Shown: positions 12,210 through 24,910, counted from the first letter of the stretch. The stretch: DNA of 64,000 nucleotides from Chiloscyllium plagiosum (GCF_004010195.1 NC_057719.1:59444446-59508445); one strand, 5' to 3'. The notes: a model not told the origin generated them from the sequence alone. Made by a program: numbers and translations.

Positions 12210-13519
12210 CCTGCTGGACATACAGAACAGAAAACAAGACAGGGAACCTATCAACAAAGACTGCATAGTCAAACTACTGGACCTGTGCCTCACAACACAC
12301 TTCACATTCAACAACCAAATATATGAACAAATCAACGGCACACCCATGGGCTCACCCATCTCTGGACTCATAGCAGGTGTAATGCAAAGATTAGAACAAA
12401 CAGTCTTACCGCAAATTCAACCCAAACTCTGGGTCAGATATGTAGAAGACACCTTTGTAATCATTAAAAACACATAAATAGAAAACACACACCAGATCAT
12501 CAACGCCACACTCAAAGGAACCAGGTTCACTAGAGAGGAAGAAAAGGACAACCAACTCCCATTCCTAGACGTGATGGTACAGAGAACACCGAACGGAGAA
12601 TTCACCACAAAGGTATACAGCAAAGCCACACACACAGATCAAGTCCAGAACTACGAAAGCAACCACCCCAACACACACAAAAGAAGTTGCATCAAGACAC
12701 TGTTCAAAAGGGCCACAACACACTGCAGCACACCAGAACGAAATGTCTGCAACACAAATTACTAAATATACCTCCAATGATCACATTCAGATCATTTATA
12801 TAAATGATGAAAAGTAGAGGACCCAGCACCGATCCTCGAGACACTCCACTGGTCACAGGCATCCAGTCTGAAAAACAACCCTCCACCACCACCCTCCGTC
12901 TTCTCCCTTTCTACTAGTCCTGAAGTTAACTCCAACAGCTTATAAACTGGCTCCCCCAAAACCTGCAGGGGTTTTGGATGATAACCTGCAAAAGGAAAGC
13001 CAAAATTATGTATAGACTCTATCCTCCACCAACATTGACTTCCTCACTTTGGAGATCAGCAGCAGCTTCACCTACTTTGGATCAGCAATTACCAGCAAGC
13101 AACGTTTCAATTTTCTGCCAAAATCAATACCAAGATTCCCAAAGCCATCGCTGTCATAAGTTGTGAGGTCGACTGTGGAACTAACAGAAAACTAATTGCA
13201 AGTACAATCTAACTGTGTTCCTGGCTTTTCAGTAATAAGGTATGGACAGCAGCAAGAAAAGCCACTGAACAGCTTCCTTCTCTACAGGTTTAGACAAATA
13301 TTGGGCATGTCTTACCAAGACAGAATGCCAAACGCAGAAAAACACCAAGCTGCAAGCATCCTCAGCATGTGGGCCCTCTTAGGTGCCAAACGAATGGAAC
13401 TTCATTTCCAGAGACAAGCTTCTGGCGACTTTACTATCCGCGCGAACCAAGTGGACACCCATATCAGCGAAACGAAGATGTCTGCCCACAAGACCCGAAG
13501 GTGACACGGATCGGAATAA

Positions 13520-13650
13520 GAACTGCGGATGTGGTGAATCAGAAACAAAAACAGAAATTGATGGAAAAACTCAGCAGACGTGGCAGCATCTGTGCAGAGA
13601 AATCAGAGTTAACGTTTTGGGTTGAGGGACCCTCCCTTAGAAGGGTTCTT
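13520..13650 (-). repeat. Degenerate Penelope-terminal-repeat-like short element (related copies near 436-530, 3285-3370, 43815-43900)
   Basis: AAAACTCAGCAG..TGGCAGCATCTGTG.AGAGAAATCAGAGTTAACGTTTTGGGT...GACCCT; minus strand resembles a decayed hammerhead layout. Confidence 0.45.
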
Positions 13651-14024
13651 GTTTCGGACTAAGAGCAGTCGGAAAGAGCATGGGGGAAAAAAAAACAAAT
13701 GACCAAATGATACAAGTAATACTGTTGGGAGGAAAACTATCTGTACCAAAGTGAAATGCTGCGGATGCTGGAAGCTTAAAACAAGAACGTAACGATTGGA
13801 AAAATTCCGCAGATAAGAAAGAGATAGAGGTTGAGACAGTAAAAAGCAGAACGAGAAACGGAATGCGTGATGGAGACAGCAGCGTGTGGCAGAAAGGAAG
13901 AAGGAAGCAGGGAGAAGGCACGTTACTCAGAGTCCGAGAAGTTCTGTGTTTGTGGAAGGGAGCGTGCGGGAAAGGGAGGAACTCAGGAACACGTCCGGCT
14001 TTCGGTTACAATATTCGGCCGGAG

Positions 14025-14201
14025 CCAATGAGAGGCGAGGCTTTGTCCACGGCGGGGATGGCCAAGGCCAATGAGTGGAAAGAATTGTGCCAAACCGAGC
14101 CAATGGAAGAGCGGATGCGCCGCGGGATGAGCCAATAGGTGAGCGGATGGCCGTAGGTGATGGGCCAATGGAAGGAAGGAAATTGGTAAAGGAGAACCAA
14201 T
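14025..14201 (+). promoter_or_regulatory. Array of NF-Y CCAAT boxes
   Basis: CCAAT at 14025, 14068, 14100, 14132, 14165, 14197, each with NF-Y-like flanks (RRCCAATR), plus ATTGG at 14182. Confidence 0.85.
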
Positions 14202-14237
14202 GGTGGGGAGCGACGGGGTGTGGAGTTCTACCTCTTG

Positions 14238-14273
14238 TGACGTCAGGAAAGTGCGGTTTCGAGTGTGACGTAG
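14238..14273. promoter_or_regulatory. CRE sites (full TGACGTCA plus TGACGTA variant), adjacent ETS-like GGAA
   Basis: TGACGTCA 14238-14245 followed by GGAA; TGACGTAG 14266-14273. Confidence 0.7.
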
Positions 14274-14279
14274 GCGTAG

Positions 14280-14479
14280 AGGTAGAGAGTACGCAGACGG
14301 AGGGAGAAGCCGTAGTTGGCGAGAGGAAGAGGAAGCGGCGCTGGACCGAGCCGGTTAATAGGAGCTGATCGGAGGACAGCCGTCAAGCTCAGGGAGGAGG
14401 GGAGAGGCTCAAAAGCCGGTAAATATTCACCGGCCACTTCCTACCAGCATATATACACACACACACACACTCGCACCAG
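14280..14479 (+). other. BAZ1A: BAZ1A non-coding exon 1 (5' end approximate)
   Basis: Strong donor CAG|GTAAGG at 14479/14480 downstream of the CCAAT/CRE cluster; TSS not determinable. Confidence 0.6.
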
Positions 14480-14942
14480 GTAAGGCGGACTTAGTGTTCC
14501 CCGTGACTTGAGCGGATGGTTCCGCGTTTGGGACGCAGGCGGGTGGCCAGGGGAAGCAGGCGGAACGGGCGGTGGGGGGCAACACATACCGGGAAAAAGG
14601 GAGAGCGGCTCCCGAGCACGTTGTGGGTGGTTGTGGGGGGGCCTCGGTTGGCTCATGCTTTACCGGATCAGCGGTAACGGTAAGTGATGGGCTTCCGCCG
14701 TGAATCCCCGGAGACGAGTGTGAAGTTTGTCGGCGAAGTAGTTGTTTTTGCCGGTGGTTGGGTTTGACCGCTCGCGGCAGTCTCTGTGTCTACTTCTGTT
14801 GTACTTCAGTGCGTGTTTTTTTTCTCTCTCCTCTCTCTCTTTATTTACTTATTTTTATTTTTGGGTTCCTCCGGTGCTGTTCGGCGTCTCTTCACTCACC
14901 CCCCCCCCCCCAAGCCAGCGCTGTGCCTGCCCGAGGGAGGGG

Positions 14943-15055
14943 ATGCCGCTTCTCCACCGCAAACCGTTCGTCAGACAAAAACCCCCGGCCGACCTGAAAC
15001 CGGACGAAGAAGTTTTCTACTGTCGGATGACCATCGAGATCTTCAGGAATTACGA
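14943..15055 (+). CDS. BAZ1A: BAZ1A/ACF1 coding exon 1 (gene exon 2), start codon, WAC domain start
   Basis: MPLLHRKPFVRQKPPADLKPDEEVFYC...; acceptor after poly-C at 14914/14918; donor GA|GTGAGT. Confidence 0.97.
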
Positions 15056-18000
15056 GTGAGTTTGTGTGTGTGTTTTTTGGGTGGCGGGAGGTTCGGTGGG
15101 ATGTGTGTGTGGGGGGGGGGGGGGGGAAGGCGGCGGTGGCTCCGGCGGCTCCTTGTCCTGCCGCCGAGGCGGGCCCACAAGGGCCGCGGCTCTCTTGGTA
15201 TTTTGGTTCAAATCGGCGAACCGTGATTCGAAAGCGACGCTAACGGCTCCGGGTTTCTGGCCCGGCCTCCGGTCGGCGGGCGGGGTACGTACGGGCTTCG
15301 GTCGCCTTCCTCCGCACAGTCCACAATCTTCCCTCGTTAACTCTCCCTCTCCCTCCCTGTCCGAGTGCCCGTGTGGTGCCGGGCTGTCAAATAACTGAGT
15401 AGTAACTAACTCGTGCCGAATGCGGGCTGCGCTAGGCCTTGTGCTGGCAGATAATGTAAATTTATTAAAACACCCCCGGCAGTTTTTCCCTCGCACACAC
15501 GCTCGATCGGAGCTGTTCTCGTTTACGTCGCTTATTTTTGTGTGTGTGTGTAAACTGTTTTTGGGGGGTGTCCAGAGGATGTCGCCTCTGTTATTTCCTC
15601 GTTGCTTTTTTTTCTCTCCCTCTCTGCGTTTGATTTTTTTTAATATGAGCATCTTCGCCGCGAAGATACGACTTGAGTTTTTGTGCGCGGCGTGTGGAGA
15701 GCGTGGGCTGTTTTGATGCTTATTCGAACATTGTCTCTTTTGTACATGGAGTCAGTGATGGGCCTGGTTTGAAGAGCTCGAGCCTGTTTAATTGTAAACA
15801 TTACAGGCGTACGGAGCTTGAAGTTATCTTCGTACTTTTGTTTTCAGTCTAGTGACAAAGTTCATTGGAGTTTATCTCCTTGCTTTAACTTTTCAAAACA
15901 CACTCTAACGTGTGGATTGAAACTACCTCGAGTGTAAGAGAAAAACAACACTCCCAAAGTGAGATAACTGAAACGATTGTAAACCAGCCATTAAATGCAT
16001 CGCAAACTGTGGGATTAAGTGAATTACCCAATGCTGGGAACGCACATCCAGTTAAAATCTCCACAGTATATTTCCAAGCAATGAATTTTGCCTGGTAAAT
16101 GAACACCACTGTTTGTTGTTTTTGATGCTCTTAACATATGGGTTACTGAAATGATTTCTGAGTTTGTAACTCATTCCGTGGTGTGGGCATTGCTGGTAAG
16201 GCCCCGAATGAGCTGTGTTTTATGTGGTGTAGGTATGAACAAAGTGCCATTTGGAGATCAAGGATTTAGATCACTTGATGTAAAAATATATACAGTATGG
16301 TGTGTTGCTTTGGATGAGTTGGAACCTTGGTGTTGCTGCAAATCTACTGTTCTTTGAGATGGTGCGGACTGTGGATTTGCAAGTTAAGTCAAAGGCAGCT
16401 CGATTAGTTGCTCTGGTGTGTCTTGTATGTGAAACTCATGGCTACATCTGAGGATCAGTGGTGGATGGGCTGATTTGTTCAGCAAAATATTGAGCTACAT
16501 GTTGGAAGCTGCAGTCATCCAGACAAGTGGCAAGTATTGCTTCAGATGTCTGACTTGTGCCCTGCAAATAGGGAGTCAGGGTGAGTGTTTCATGCTGCAG
16601 GCGCTCAGCCTTTGAACTGCCATTTATATGGCTAGTCTGATATGGAAATAAAAGTTAGCCTTTTAGTTGTTTTTCCTTTTTGGTGTTATGCTTTGCTTGT
16701 AGAACATGTTACCAAAAACATTGTTGAGATATAGGTATACCTGCCAGTTTGTTGTATGCATTTTGGCTGATATGAATACCCTGTGTTCATGGAAGCAGAT
16801 TGTCTCACAAGCTAATACAATGGGCACCACATGCCAGGACAAACTGTATAGCATGCTGTGCATGTCTAACTTTGCTCTGTAGTGCAGGGAAAAGCAGGTT
16901 TGTGCCTGTAATTCTCTGTGGATGGCAGTTGTGTCAAATTGTTAGGGTGTATACTGATTGAAGGTCACTGCAGCATCATAGCACTTAGATTTCATGTCCA
17001 GAAGTAAATCATTTTAATCTTTGAGTAAAATGTGGAGACATTAAAGAAAGTAAATAAACCTTCAGGGTGTCACAAGTTAATTAACTGTAAGGTGCAGAGA
17101 AATGTCAGTAATTCAGAACGTCAGTATGTCAGCAGATGTTTCTGGAAGTACCATTGAAGTTCAACAAGCCTTAGGATAAAATACATGTCAGGCTTTTCAG
17201 TACTAAAATGAAGTATTTTGATAACGTGGTTAGCTGTTGGTAGTTCTGCAATGTCAATGGATTTGTATGATGCTTTATACAGGTAAATTCTGAATATAAA
17301 AGTAGTACTAATTGTTTTGGAACTTGATTTAATTTGATAAATTGCACCTTTCTGGAACAGCTGCTTAATTGTTTGGATATATGAATTAAAAATCACTGTT
17401 CTCCAGTGCCTAAGGAGGCCATTTGACCCATCACGCCTGCACCACCTCTCACCTGGCCTACATGGTGCCACCCTTGTGCCTTCTCTCAGTAACCTTAGGC
17501 TTTGTTGTTTTCTCAAATAAGTTTAATTCCATTTTGATTGGTTCAATAAAATGTCTCCTGTGCACTTGCAGTCCATTCAATGAATGGAAATATGTGATTG
17601 TGAAAGCAGTGAAAAACAAAGGTATGACCTGTGCACTCTTTTGCTCCTCCTCCTTGATTTTTCTTCTCCTGAGTGGTAATAGTTTCTGCTACCAACTCCA
17701 TTTAGCCCCCTCCCTCAGCTTTGGCATACCTCCGTCAAATCTTCTTTCTGCCTTTCAAGAAAACCTGTGCTAATCACATCACTCCAGTCTATCTTTGTTA
17801 AAGTTCTTCATCCCTAAATCTTATCTGCATGCTTTTACTCTCTATACAAGATGTCCTGTCTAGAACTTGATGTACTACTGTGATTTTAGACTGAATTAGT
17901 GATTAGTATAAGCTTAATGTAACCTTTATTAATAAATCCCAGGATGCTATATGCTTTAATTATGGTGTCAACCTGTCTGACCCCTTTGCTATTGTACATA

Positions 18001-18432
18001 GATTTGGAATTCATTGATAAAATGAAATGTTTTGGGTTATTGTCTTAATAGAAATGTTTTGATATGACATGTTAGTTTTGTTTTTGCCATAGAAAGTTTG
18101 TTTTTATTTGCAGACAGAGGTAAACTTCAGTAGAGCTGTGGAAATTTTAAAAAGTGCTTAACTTAAACTTTTGTATTTTTGATACCATAAAGTAATTCCT
18201 TAAAAGTTAGTCTGTTTCCCTTAATTTAGCATCCAAATGCAAGTCTGGCTCTCCACCCAATTAACTACAATACTACTATGCGTTTCCTGTCTTAAATGAC
18301 AAGCCTAAATTACAAGTGATGTAAAATCAAATTTCACCTCTAGAATGAGAATAGTTTTCAATTACTTGTTTGCAAGTTTAATATTCATTATTACTGCTAT
18401 ATGCCAAATTTTGTTTATTTTCTTCATTGCAG

Positions 18433-18711
18433 CGACTTTTTTGAAAGAACCATACTCTGTAACAGTTTAGTGTGGAGCTGTGCTATTACTGGCAAACCAG
18501 GCCTGACTTACCAGGAAGCACTTGAGTCAGAAAACAAGGCCAGACAGAACCTCCAAAATTTCCCTCAGCAATTGGTGGTGCCTATCCTTCACTTGACGAC
18601 TCTTGCCTGTTGCTCACGTCTCCATGAACTCTGTGATGATCTCTATGCTTATACTAAGGATCGATACTTTGCTGGAGAGATTGTGGAAGTAACAAGTAAT
18701 AGTGGTCTCAA
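18433..18711 (+). CDS. BAZ1A: BAZ1A exon 3 (WAC domain)
   Basis: DFFERTILCNSLVWSCAITGKPGLTYQEALESE...KDRYFAGEIVEV; CAG acceptor, GTAAGT donor, phase 2-2. Confidence 0.97.
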
Positions 18712-20795
18712 GTAAGTTTGCTTGAAGACAAAGTACACAGTATAAGGTCATAGTTTCTATTTTCAAAAGCATAACTTTTTTTGCTCCTGATGCCTCAATT
18801 TTTTTTGTTACTTTAACATGTAAGCTCAATACTGTATCTTGTGTTGCATTAACCTTTGTGCCTGTTATAATTTTTACCCTGAATAACACTGACCGTAACT
18901 CGTGTTTTGCAAGATTTTCACTCCAGTATATGTTGGTAGGCTCTCATGTTAGGGTTTTGTTCATGTCTGTCCATATACACAATCTGACATTCATTCTTGC
19001 ACTTTCAGCTGGATTGATGATAGTAGATATATTGAATTTTTAAGACCATCTTTACTTGCGTTCTAGACTATAACTATTCAAATGTTGTTAGTACTGCAAT
19101 CCACTAACTTCAAACAGACCAGAATATGAATAATGTCATCTTTTGGTTTGGCATCTCAAATGGTGTCTTCTGTGTTATGGGGGAGTACTGAGTTCTTTAC
19201 TTTCCTCCTGAGACAGATGGTAAATCCAAATGTAATCATGTTGTTTTAGTGCAGTAGGCATGGAGTGTATTATCTTTCAGATGAAATTAACTTGGGTGCT
19301 GTCGTATATTTGAAATTCTGTAACAGCATATAAAGGAAGGGTGATATCCTGATGTCTTGACTGGTATTTATCACTCAACCAACCCTACCAATAGAGATGA
19401 ACTGAATACATACCTGATTGTCTCTGAAATATTGGCTATTGTAAATTTAGCTGTCTTGCATTCACTACAGTTCAGAAGGAGTTTATTGGTTAAAAATGAT
19501 TTGGAACAGCCTGAGGTTGTCAGCACTTGATTTGCAGTATACCCTTGAAGTTGTTATTGGTTGCTTTCATGTCATAAATACCTGGCTTCCTTTTGAAAAC
19601 AAACTAGTTGGAGGGAACGTGAAGGCATTGATCTTTGCGTTGTCTTCGGTACATAATATGTCAGTTAATGCAAAAGATCAAAAATATGTAGGCAGCTCTG
19701 AAATCAGATGCCATAAATATGGCTATTGAAATTACCACTTAGGTTTTTAGAACTGTAATTGAAAATAATAATTTTGGGGCCTTATGTAACAGAAGCTGTT
19801 AGTTTAAAATGCATGGCAATGGATGCAAGTTGCTTGGGACAGAGGTTATTTTGTTCTACAAGCTGAAATATGACCGGTCAAAGGGTTCTATTTGGCCTGC
19901 CCACCAGTGTTTCAAATGACAAGTGGAGGATCTTTGAGGGGCTTCAATTAGGTGCCATTTCAGCCCCACCTTTGGAGGTAATAGATTTACTTATGATGCC
20001 ATCAGCAGGAGGCCTGTAACCTCTGAGCAAAAACCTGTGCATTTAGGAGTATTACATTTTTAAGCTGAGGCCTGTGTAATGTTATGTAGCGCTCAATAAT
20101 ATTTGGAACATCTCCCATGTCTGGAAAGATGATTGAAGCTGCTGGCCAGTGTGGGAAACATCTGAATAGCATTGCAGAGACGGCTTCCAAATCCACGCAC
20201 TGAGCATTGTGCAGCTGAGGGGATGTGGTAGAGTAGGAAAGATGTGTCTAACTTGTCAACTTGAAGCCTGTATGTATGTATTTAACTTCACATGTTGCTG
20301 TCGTTAAATATTTAAAACACAACATTTCAGTTATCTCGGTTAGAACCTTGACAGCATGTGGTTGTTGAGCTTAAGTATATGAGTATACTGCAGTGTTTTG
20401 GATACAATCTTGAGCTGTAACTATGTTAAATCTCTGAAGTGAATGCCTTTTATATATAAAAAAAAACTTTTGAAGTATTTTGATAGGAGCTGAAAAGTTG
20501 CTTATGCACATCACCACAAAAGCAGAATATCGGGGGGTCTTATTGTTGCAGTTTATATATCCTTGCTTTATCCAAATTGGCTGTTGTTACTTGTGTTACC
20601 ATACTTAAAAAAAAAAAACATCATTTGGACTGTGTGAAGTCCTTTAGAATGTTTGGTCATGGTGTGTATTATAAATGTAAGTCTTGAGGAATTGTAAATC
20701 AGCAACTTGTATGAAATTTAGAAACTTAGCTAAGATCTGATGCTTAATAGGAAATGTTCTTTTTAAACCTGAATCTAAATCGTTTATTTTGACAG

Positions 20796-20954
20796 GCAAA
20801 CGTGTAAAATTTTAGAAGTTCTGACCCCACCGTTACAAAATGGAACTGCTAACGGACACATAAGCAGCAGAGCTGAAGATGTGGTTATCGTCATTAGTGA
20901 CGAAAGTGATAATGAAGAGCAATTGAAAAGTGCTGGATCTTCTGTGCTAATTGG
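20796..20954 (+). CDS. BAZ1A: BAZ1A exon 4
   Basis: QTCKILEVLTPPLQNGTANGH...VISDESD; in frame, AG/GT. Confidence 0.92.
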
Positions 20955-20979
20955 GTAAATATTTACTTTGATTATACCA

Positions 20980-21228
20980 TGAGGTGCAGGTTTAAAACTG
21001 ACCTAAGGGGCAACTTTTTCACGCAGAGGATGGTGTGTGTATGGAGTGAGCTTCCAGAGGAAGTGGTGGAGGCTGGTACAATTGCAGCAATCAAAACACA
21101 TCTGGATAGGTGTATGAGCAGGTTTAGAGTGATATGGGCCAAATGCAACTAGATTAATTTAGGATATCTGGTTGGCATGGTTGAGTTGGACCGAAGGGTT
21201 TGTTTCCGTGCTGTATGTCTGACTCTAG
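20980..21228 (+). mobile_element. CR1/HER1-type LINE 3' tail in intron 4
   Basis: CCTAAGGGGCAACTTTTTCACGCAGAGG...GAGGAAGTGGTGGAGGCTGGTACAATTGCA...GACCGAAGGGTTTGTTTCCGTGCTGTAT..GACTCT. Confidence 0.8.
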
Positions 21229-24200
21229 GTCAGCACAAAGATAGTTGAGGAATACGACTGTTGATTGATAGCATAATAGGTGTAATGTTTTTCCAAAAAT
21301 CTGAAGACAGGACTTTCAATTACACCACAAATCAGCTTGCATTTTAAAAGAAGGGCTCCATATCGCAGTCTAAAATGATCTGTTTTCAAAGTGTTGTTTA
21401 AATGTTAGCTTGTATCAGTGCAGCTGCTTGTACAGTATGACACTTTTTTATTGTGGACAAAGTTGCTCTTGTTGCTTGGAGAGAAAATTTTGATGCCATT
21501 AGTTTCTGCTGGAGATTGTTTCATTCACTGCTGTCATCTTTAGTTATTGTGTAAGACTAGATAATGAGAAAGATAACCAGGAGCATGCAATTTCCTTCAT
21601 AATTTCATTTTTAAAATGTGGTATACAAACTTGAAGGATGAGCATTAAAGTTTCCCAATCACAGATTAATTAATTTCATTTTATTACGCTGACCACTTTT
21701 CTCTGGTTTTAATTTTTCGTTAGGGTGGATTGGTCTGTCTGGATCAGCTATTTCAGTTCGGGCAGTTGAATTGTGAAACAAGCCTTGCGTTCGACTATTC
21801 ATATCTACATTTACTGTCCATGCAGACAAATTGCTGTAACTGCAGTTAGCCAGTTTTGATCTCCATAACTTTAATTCTCCTTGGTTCACTTTGTTTATCT
21901 GATCTTTTGTTCATTCTTGGTCTCTTACGAGCTGATCGTTACCTAGCTCTGTCCGTCCTGTCTCAAATTTACAGTTTTAATAGCTTCCATCATCTGCATT
22001 CTGAGGCTTGAAGGTCAAGTTGTACCTTTACCATATTATTCTTGACAGACCTCGTTGTGGTCAATACTCCCAAAAGCCTGAATATCGTTGTTGTGGTGTG
22101 AAACCTAATGTATTACACACCAGAGTCAAGATTGCTGACAGGGATATCATTAACACTAATATTTATTGCTTCATGTGATGAAACCCAGCATTCCAGACAA
22201 TTCTACAGTTCACTATACCCATGTCCTGTTCTGTGAATCTGTGTTGATCAAATGCCTCTGCTTTTCCAGAGCATTTAAGGTTATTTTCATTGCAAATGCG
22301 GTTCTGTCATAACCGCATTTTTCAGAATGCATCACTCCTCTTTTGATTTCTGGTTAATGATTTTCAGCTTTTTGTTTAGCTTATTTCTGTCACTTAGTTT
22401 GAAACAAGCTATGAAGTAAACTCATTTCAGTGTAATTATTCAAATAGCCAGAGGTGAGATTTAGTTTGATCTGAAATGCACTGTTTGTTAGTCAGATGCA
22501 GCAAATTTTATGATTTTCAAGAGCATTGATTAAATGATGGAAGATGAAGGGTTTGGTTAAAGGTTTTCGGCGAAACACTGTTTGGCTGGCTCTTATATAG
22601 TTAGTTGGATATACCTCTATATTGTTTCTATTGTGATAATATCTGCAAATGCCGACGTTGTTCTTTGAACCCTTCTCCAACTTGTTGATGTTGACGTTGA
22701 TTTGAAATTAACTCTGAGCTGGACCACGTGTGGCATGACAAACTACTGAAAGTGATTTTAACTCTACTGTTAGCAACGTCGAGGAAATGTGCTTCAGACC
22801 TATAAGCCAGTTTATCACAAAGTTTCCCTTTGAGGTCCAACAGCGTTTGGTCCATAGAAACTGCTGGCTGTTCTGAGGAGTGTATGAATTCACTATTGGG
22901 TCTGGACAACTTATTCAGCATTAGTAGACAAAATGTACATGAGGTTGATTTGTTGACTGTTGGAGATTAGAGAACTCTTTTTTTTTAATTGGCCTAACTG
23001 GATCTCGGCTTATTTTCTTTCTACCTCTGCATCCAATCCACAGGCTCCTGAAAAATGTAGTTGGTTGCACCCTGACAGTAAGGGATGGTGTCTAAATATG
23101 AGTGAGACTTGTTGCCATTTTAATATCTTCCTAAACTGTTACTGACTGCCCCACAAAATTGCGTAGGTGCTAGTCTACTTAGTCAAGTGTGCACATTTTT
23201 GCTCCATTAGCTTATTTGCTAAAATAATTTTCACTTTGGCCTGACTCCTGCCTTTTGACCAATCTGTCTTGCATCTGCTATTCTTTTTCAAGCCGTTTCT
23301 AACATTTTTTATGTGCATTGACCAGAACTAACCGCATTCACCATTCCTGTAGGTGTGCATATACCTGGTGAATATATGAACCTATGAATATACCAGGTAC
23401 CCTTCGTAATGAGTATCTCCCTTCAAGGTTTGTCATGGAACAAATTTTATAAATGTTTTGGATTTATAAAAGTTGACAGATCATTATAAAAACAAAAAAT
23501 GAGATCTGATGGCTTGATTTGTAGAATTACTTTTGGATCTGCTTAGTTCAAAATCAAAGGGGTGATCTAGAAATAGGGTTACTGTAGATATAATTGAAAT
23601 TGTATGCGCTCCTTTTTCCGTAATGTACTTAATTGAATAGTGAAGTCACACAGCACAGAAACAGACTCTTCAGTCCAACTCGTCCATGCCTCCTTACCAT
23701 TGATTTTTCGTGGTGGATCATTTTATGTAATTTGGTTTAGTGCATTTCATTCACTTAGCATTATGGATTAACAGGTCTTAAAGTACCTTTTTGATTTCAC
23801 TAGTCCATTTTTAATTTCCATTCAATGGAGAACAGAATTTTTTTTCCCTAGTTTTTGGGGAAGGTTTACAATTTTAACTAGCTTCTGGGAATCGGGAAGC
23901 TACCTACAGTATATTTTCAGTCACAAGTGAGGGAGGTAAATGCTGAAATAGATTTTGCCTAATTTTGCACATCCAGGGAGAATAAATCTGGGTCCCTTAA
24001 AAGCATGGTAAAACTTCCTCTGCTATGTCAAAATTTCAGATATCCAGATTATCTCAGATCCGGTAATTTCAGTGTTTGATTATTTAAGGGATGCAGGCCA
24101 CAACATGTTTGGAATTCAATTGAAAGTATGGAAACTGGACAATTAATTTGAAATGAAAATTGCATCTTAAAGGTTTTTTACTACGCTTAATGATAAGTCC

Positions 24201-24443
24201 ATATATGTAAATTAAATGTTCATGTACAATAACATGATTTATGCAAGCTTTGGTCTATTAGCCATCCTATAGATTAGCTAACAAGGTATATATATACACT
24301 GTTGTATAAAGATTACTATTTAGTTTTTCCTGGCCCTCACCTGACATTTTGCACCTAATGAAATAGTCTTAAACTTTTTTCAGTGAGTCAGCTATATCTG
24401 ATATTGTTGGACTGGTTTTGATATGGTACCTTCTTATTTCCAG

Positions 24444-24542
24444 GAAAAAGAGAACCAAAATTGATCTAACATTATTTAGATACAAGGTGCAACCTCTTAA
24501 AACTGAAGGAAATGAAATCATCATTAAGTCTGCACAAATGAA
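24444..24542 (+). CDS. BAZ1A: BAZ1A exon 5
   Basis: KKRTKIDLTLFRYKVQPLKTEGNEIIIKSAQM; AG/GTAAGT. Confidence 0.92.
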
Positions 24543-24822
24543 GTAAGTATTATTAACCGCCTGTTTGTAAGGAATGTTTATAATTGATCATGGTCCCCAA
24601 AAAAAAAAATCTGTGGCTTCTTGTGCCCTAATGCCAAATAATCTCTGGGGTGCCACTCAATGAGAGATGAGGCAAGGCGAAGAGGCACACCTACATAAAC
24701 TACCATAGCTTTTTCAATATGCCTTGTAATAAATGTTGAGAGCCATAATAAGTATCATCCTATTGAAGATCTAATTGCATGTACACATGTACAATCATTC
24801 TGGGTTTTCATTCCATTTGTAG

Positions 24823-24910
24823 TCGCAAGAAACACCAGTATTCCCAAGACAAACTGAAGCTCTTCCTTAAACAGCATTGTGAGTTAAGACATGGCATGCT
24901 GAAAGTCAAG
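24823..24910 (+). CDS. BAZ1A: BAZ1A exon 6
   Basis: RKKHQYSQDKLKLFLKQHCELRHGMLKVK; AG/GTAAGA. Confidence 0.95.

Larger units (their letters stand above)
10573..12758. mobile_element. Penelope-like element with inverted architecture: 3' end and terminal repeat on minus (10573-~10960), N-terminal/RT body on plus (~10961-12740)
   Basis: IIILPADKGRMTVILD, PLRPIVS, GTPMGSPISG, WVRYVEDTF, LPFLDVMV (plus); HEFDWDNT..ELLEAWHS..INKHTDLDPIY (minus). Confidence 0.85.
9671..12910 (-). mobile_element. CR1/HER1-type LINE (RT and 3' end), interrupted by a Penelope element with 13-bp TSD TTACTAAATATAC
   Basis: ORFs 9662-10018, 10055-10528 (WQMNFNLDKCEVLHFG, LYRTLVRPLLEYC), 12704-12892 ([21 protein letters not shown]); KFADDTK; TSD at 10560-10572 and 12759-12771. 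Confidence 0.85.
8600..13500 (+). mobile_element. Old RTE-clade LINE (fragments 8600-9665 and ~12915-13500), split by CR1/Penelope insertions
   Basis: Degenerate KAPG, DYNNYQG, CGFRA, VKQNCIL, ELLFVDD motifs, then LNSFLL...RQILGMSYQDRMPN typical of the RTE C-terminus. Confidence 0.65.
13900..15700. promoter_or_regulatory. BAZ1A: CpG island over the BAZ1A promoter, exon 1 and exon 2
   Basis: Abrupt rise in GC content and CpG density relative to the CpG-depleted flanks. Confidence 0.85.

Noticed and set aside
14025..14201. Regularly spaced short repeats resembling a CRISPR array
   Set aside because: The repeat is only the 5-8 bp CCAAT motif, the context is a vertebrate promoter, and there are no cas genes
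14742..15716. Several overlapping 100-200 aa ORFs, e.g. 15050-15652 minus
   Set aside because: Stop-poor GC-rich CpG-island sequence with low-complexity translations; only 14943-15055 matches BAZ1A
16180..16640. Probable old LINE fragment (others near 22490-22940, 40590-40795, 51480-51830)
   Set aside because: Too decayed to assign family or boundaries by eye
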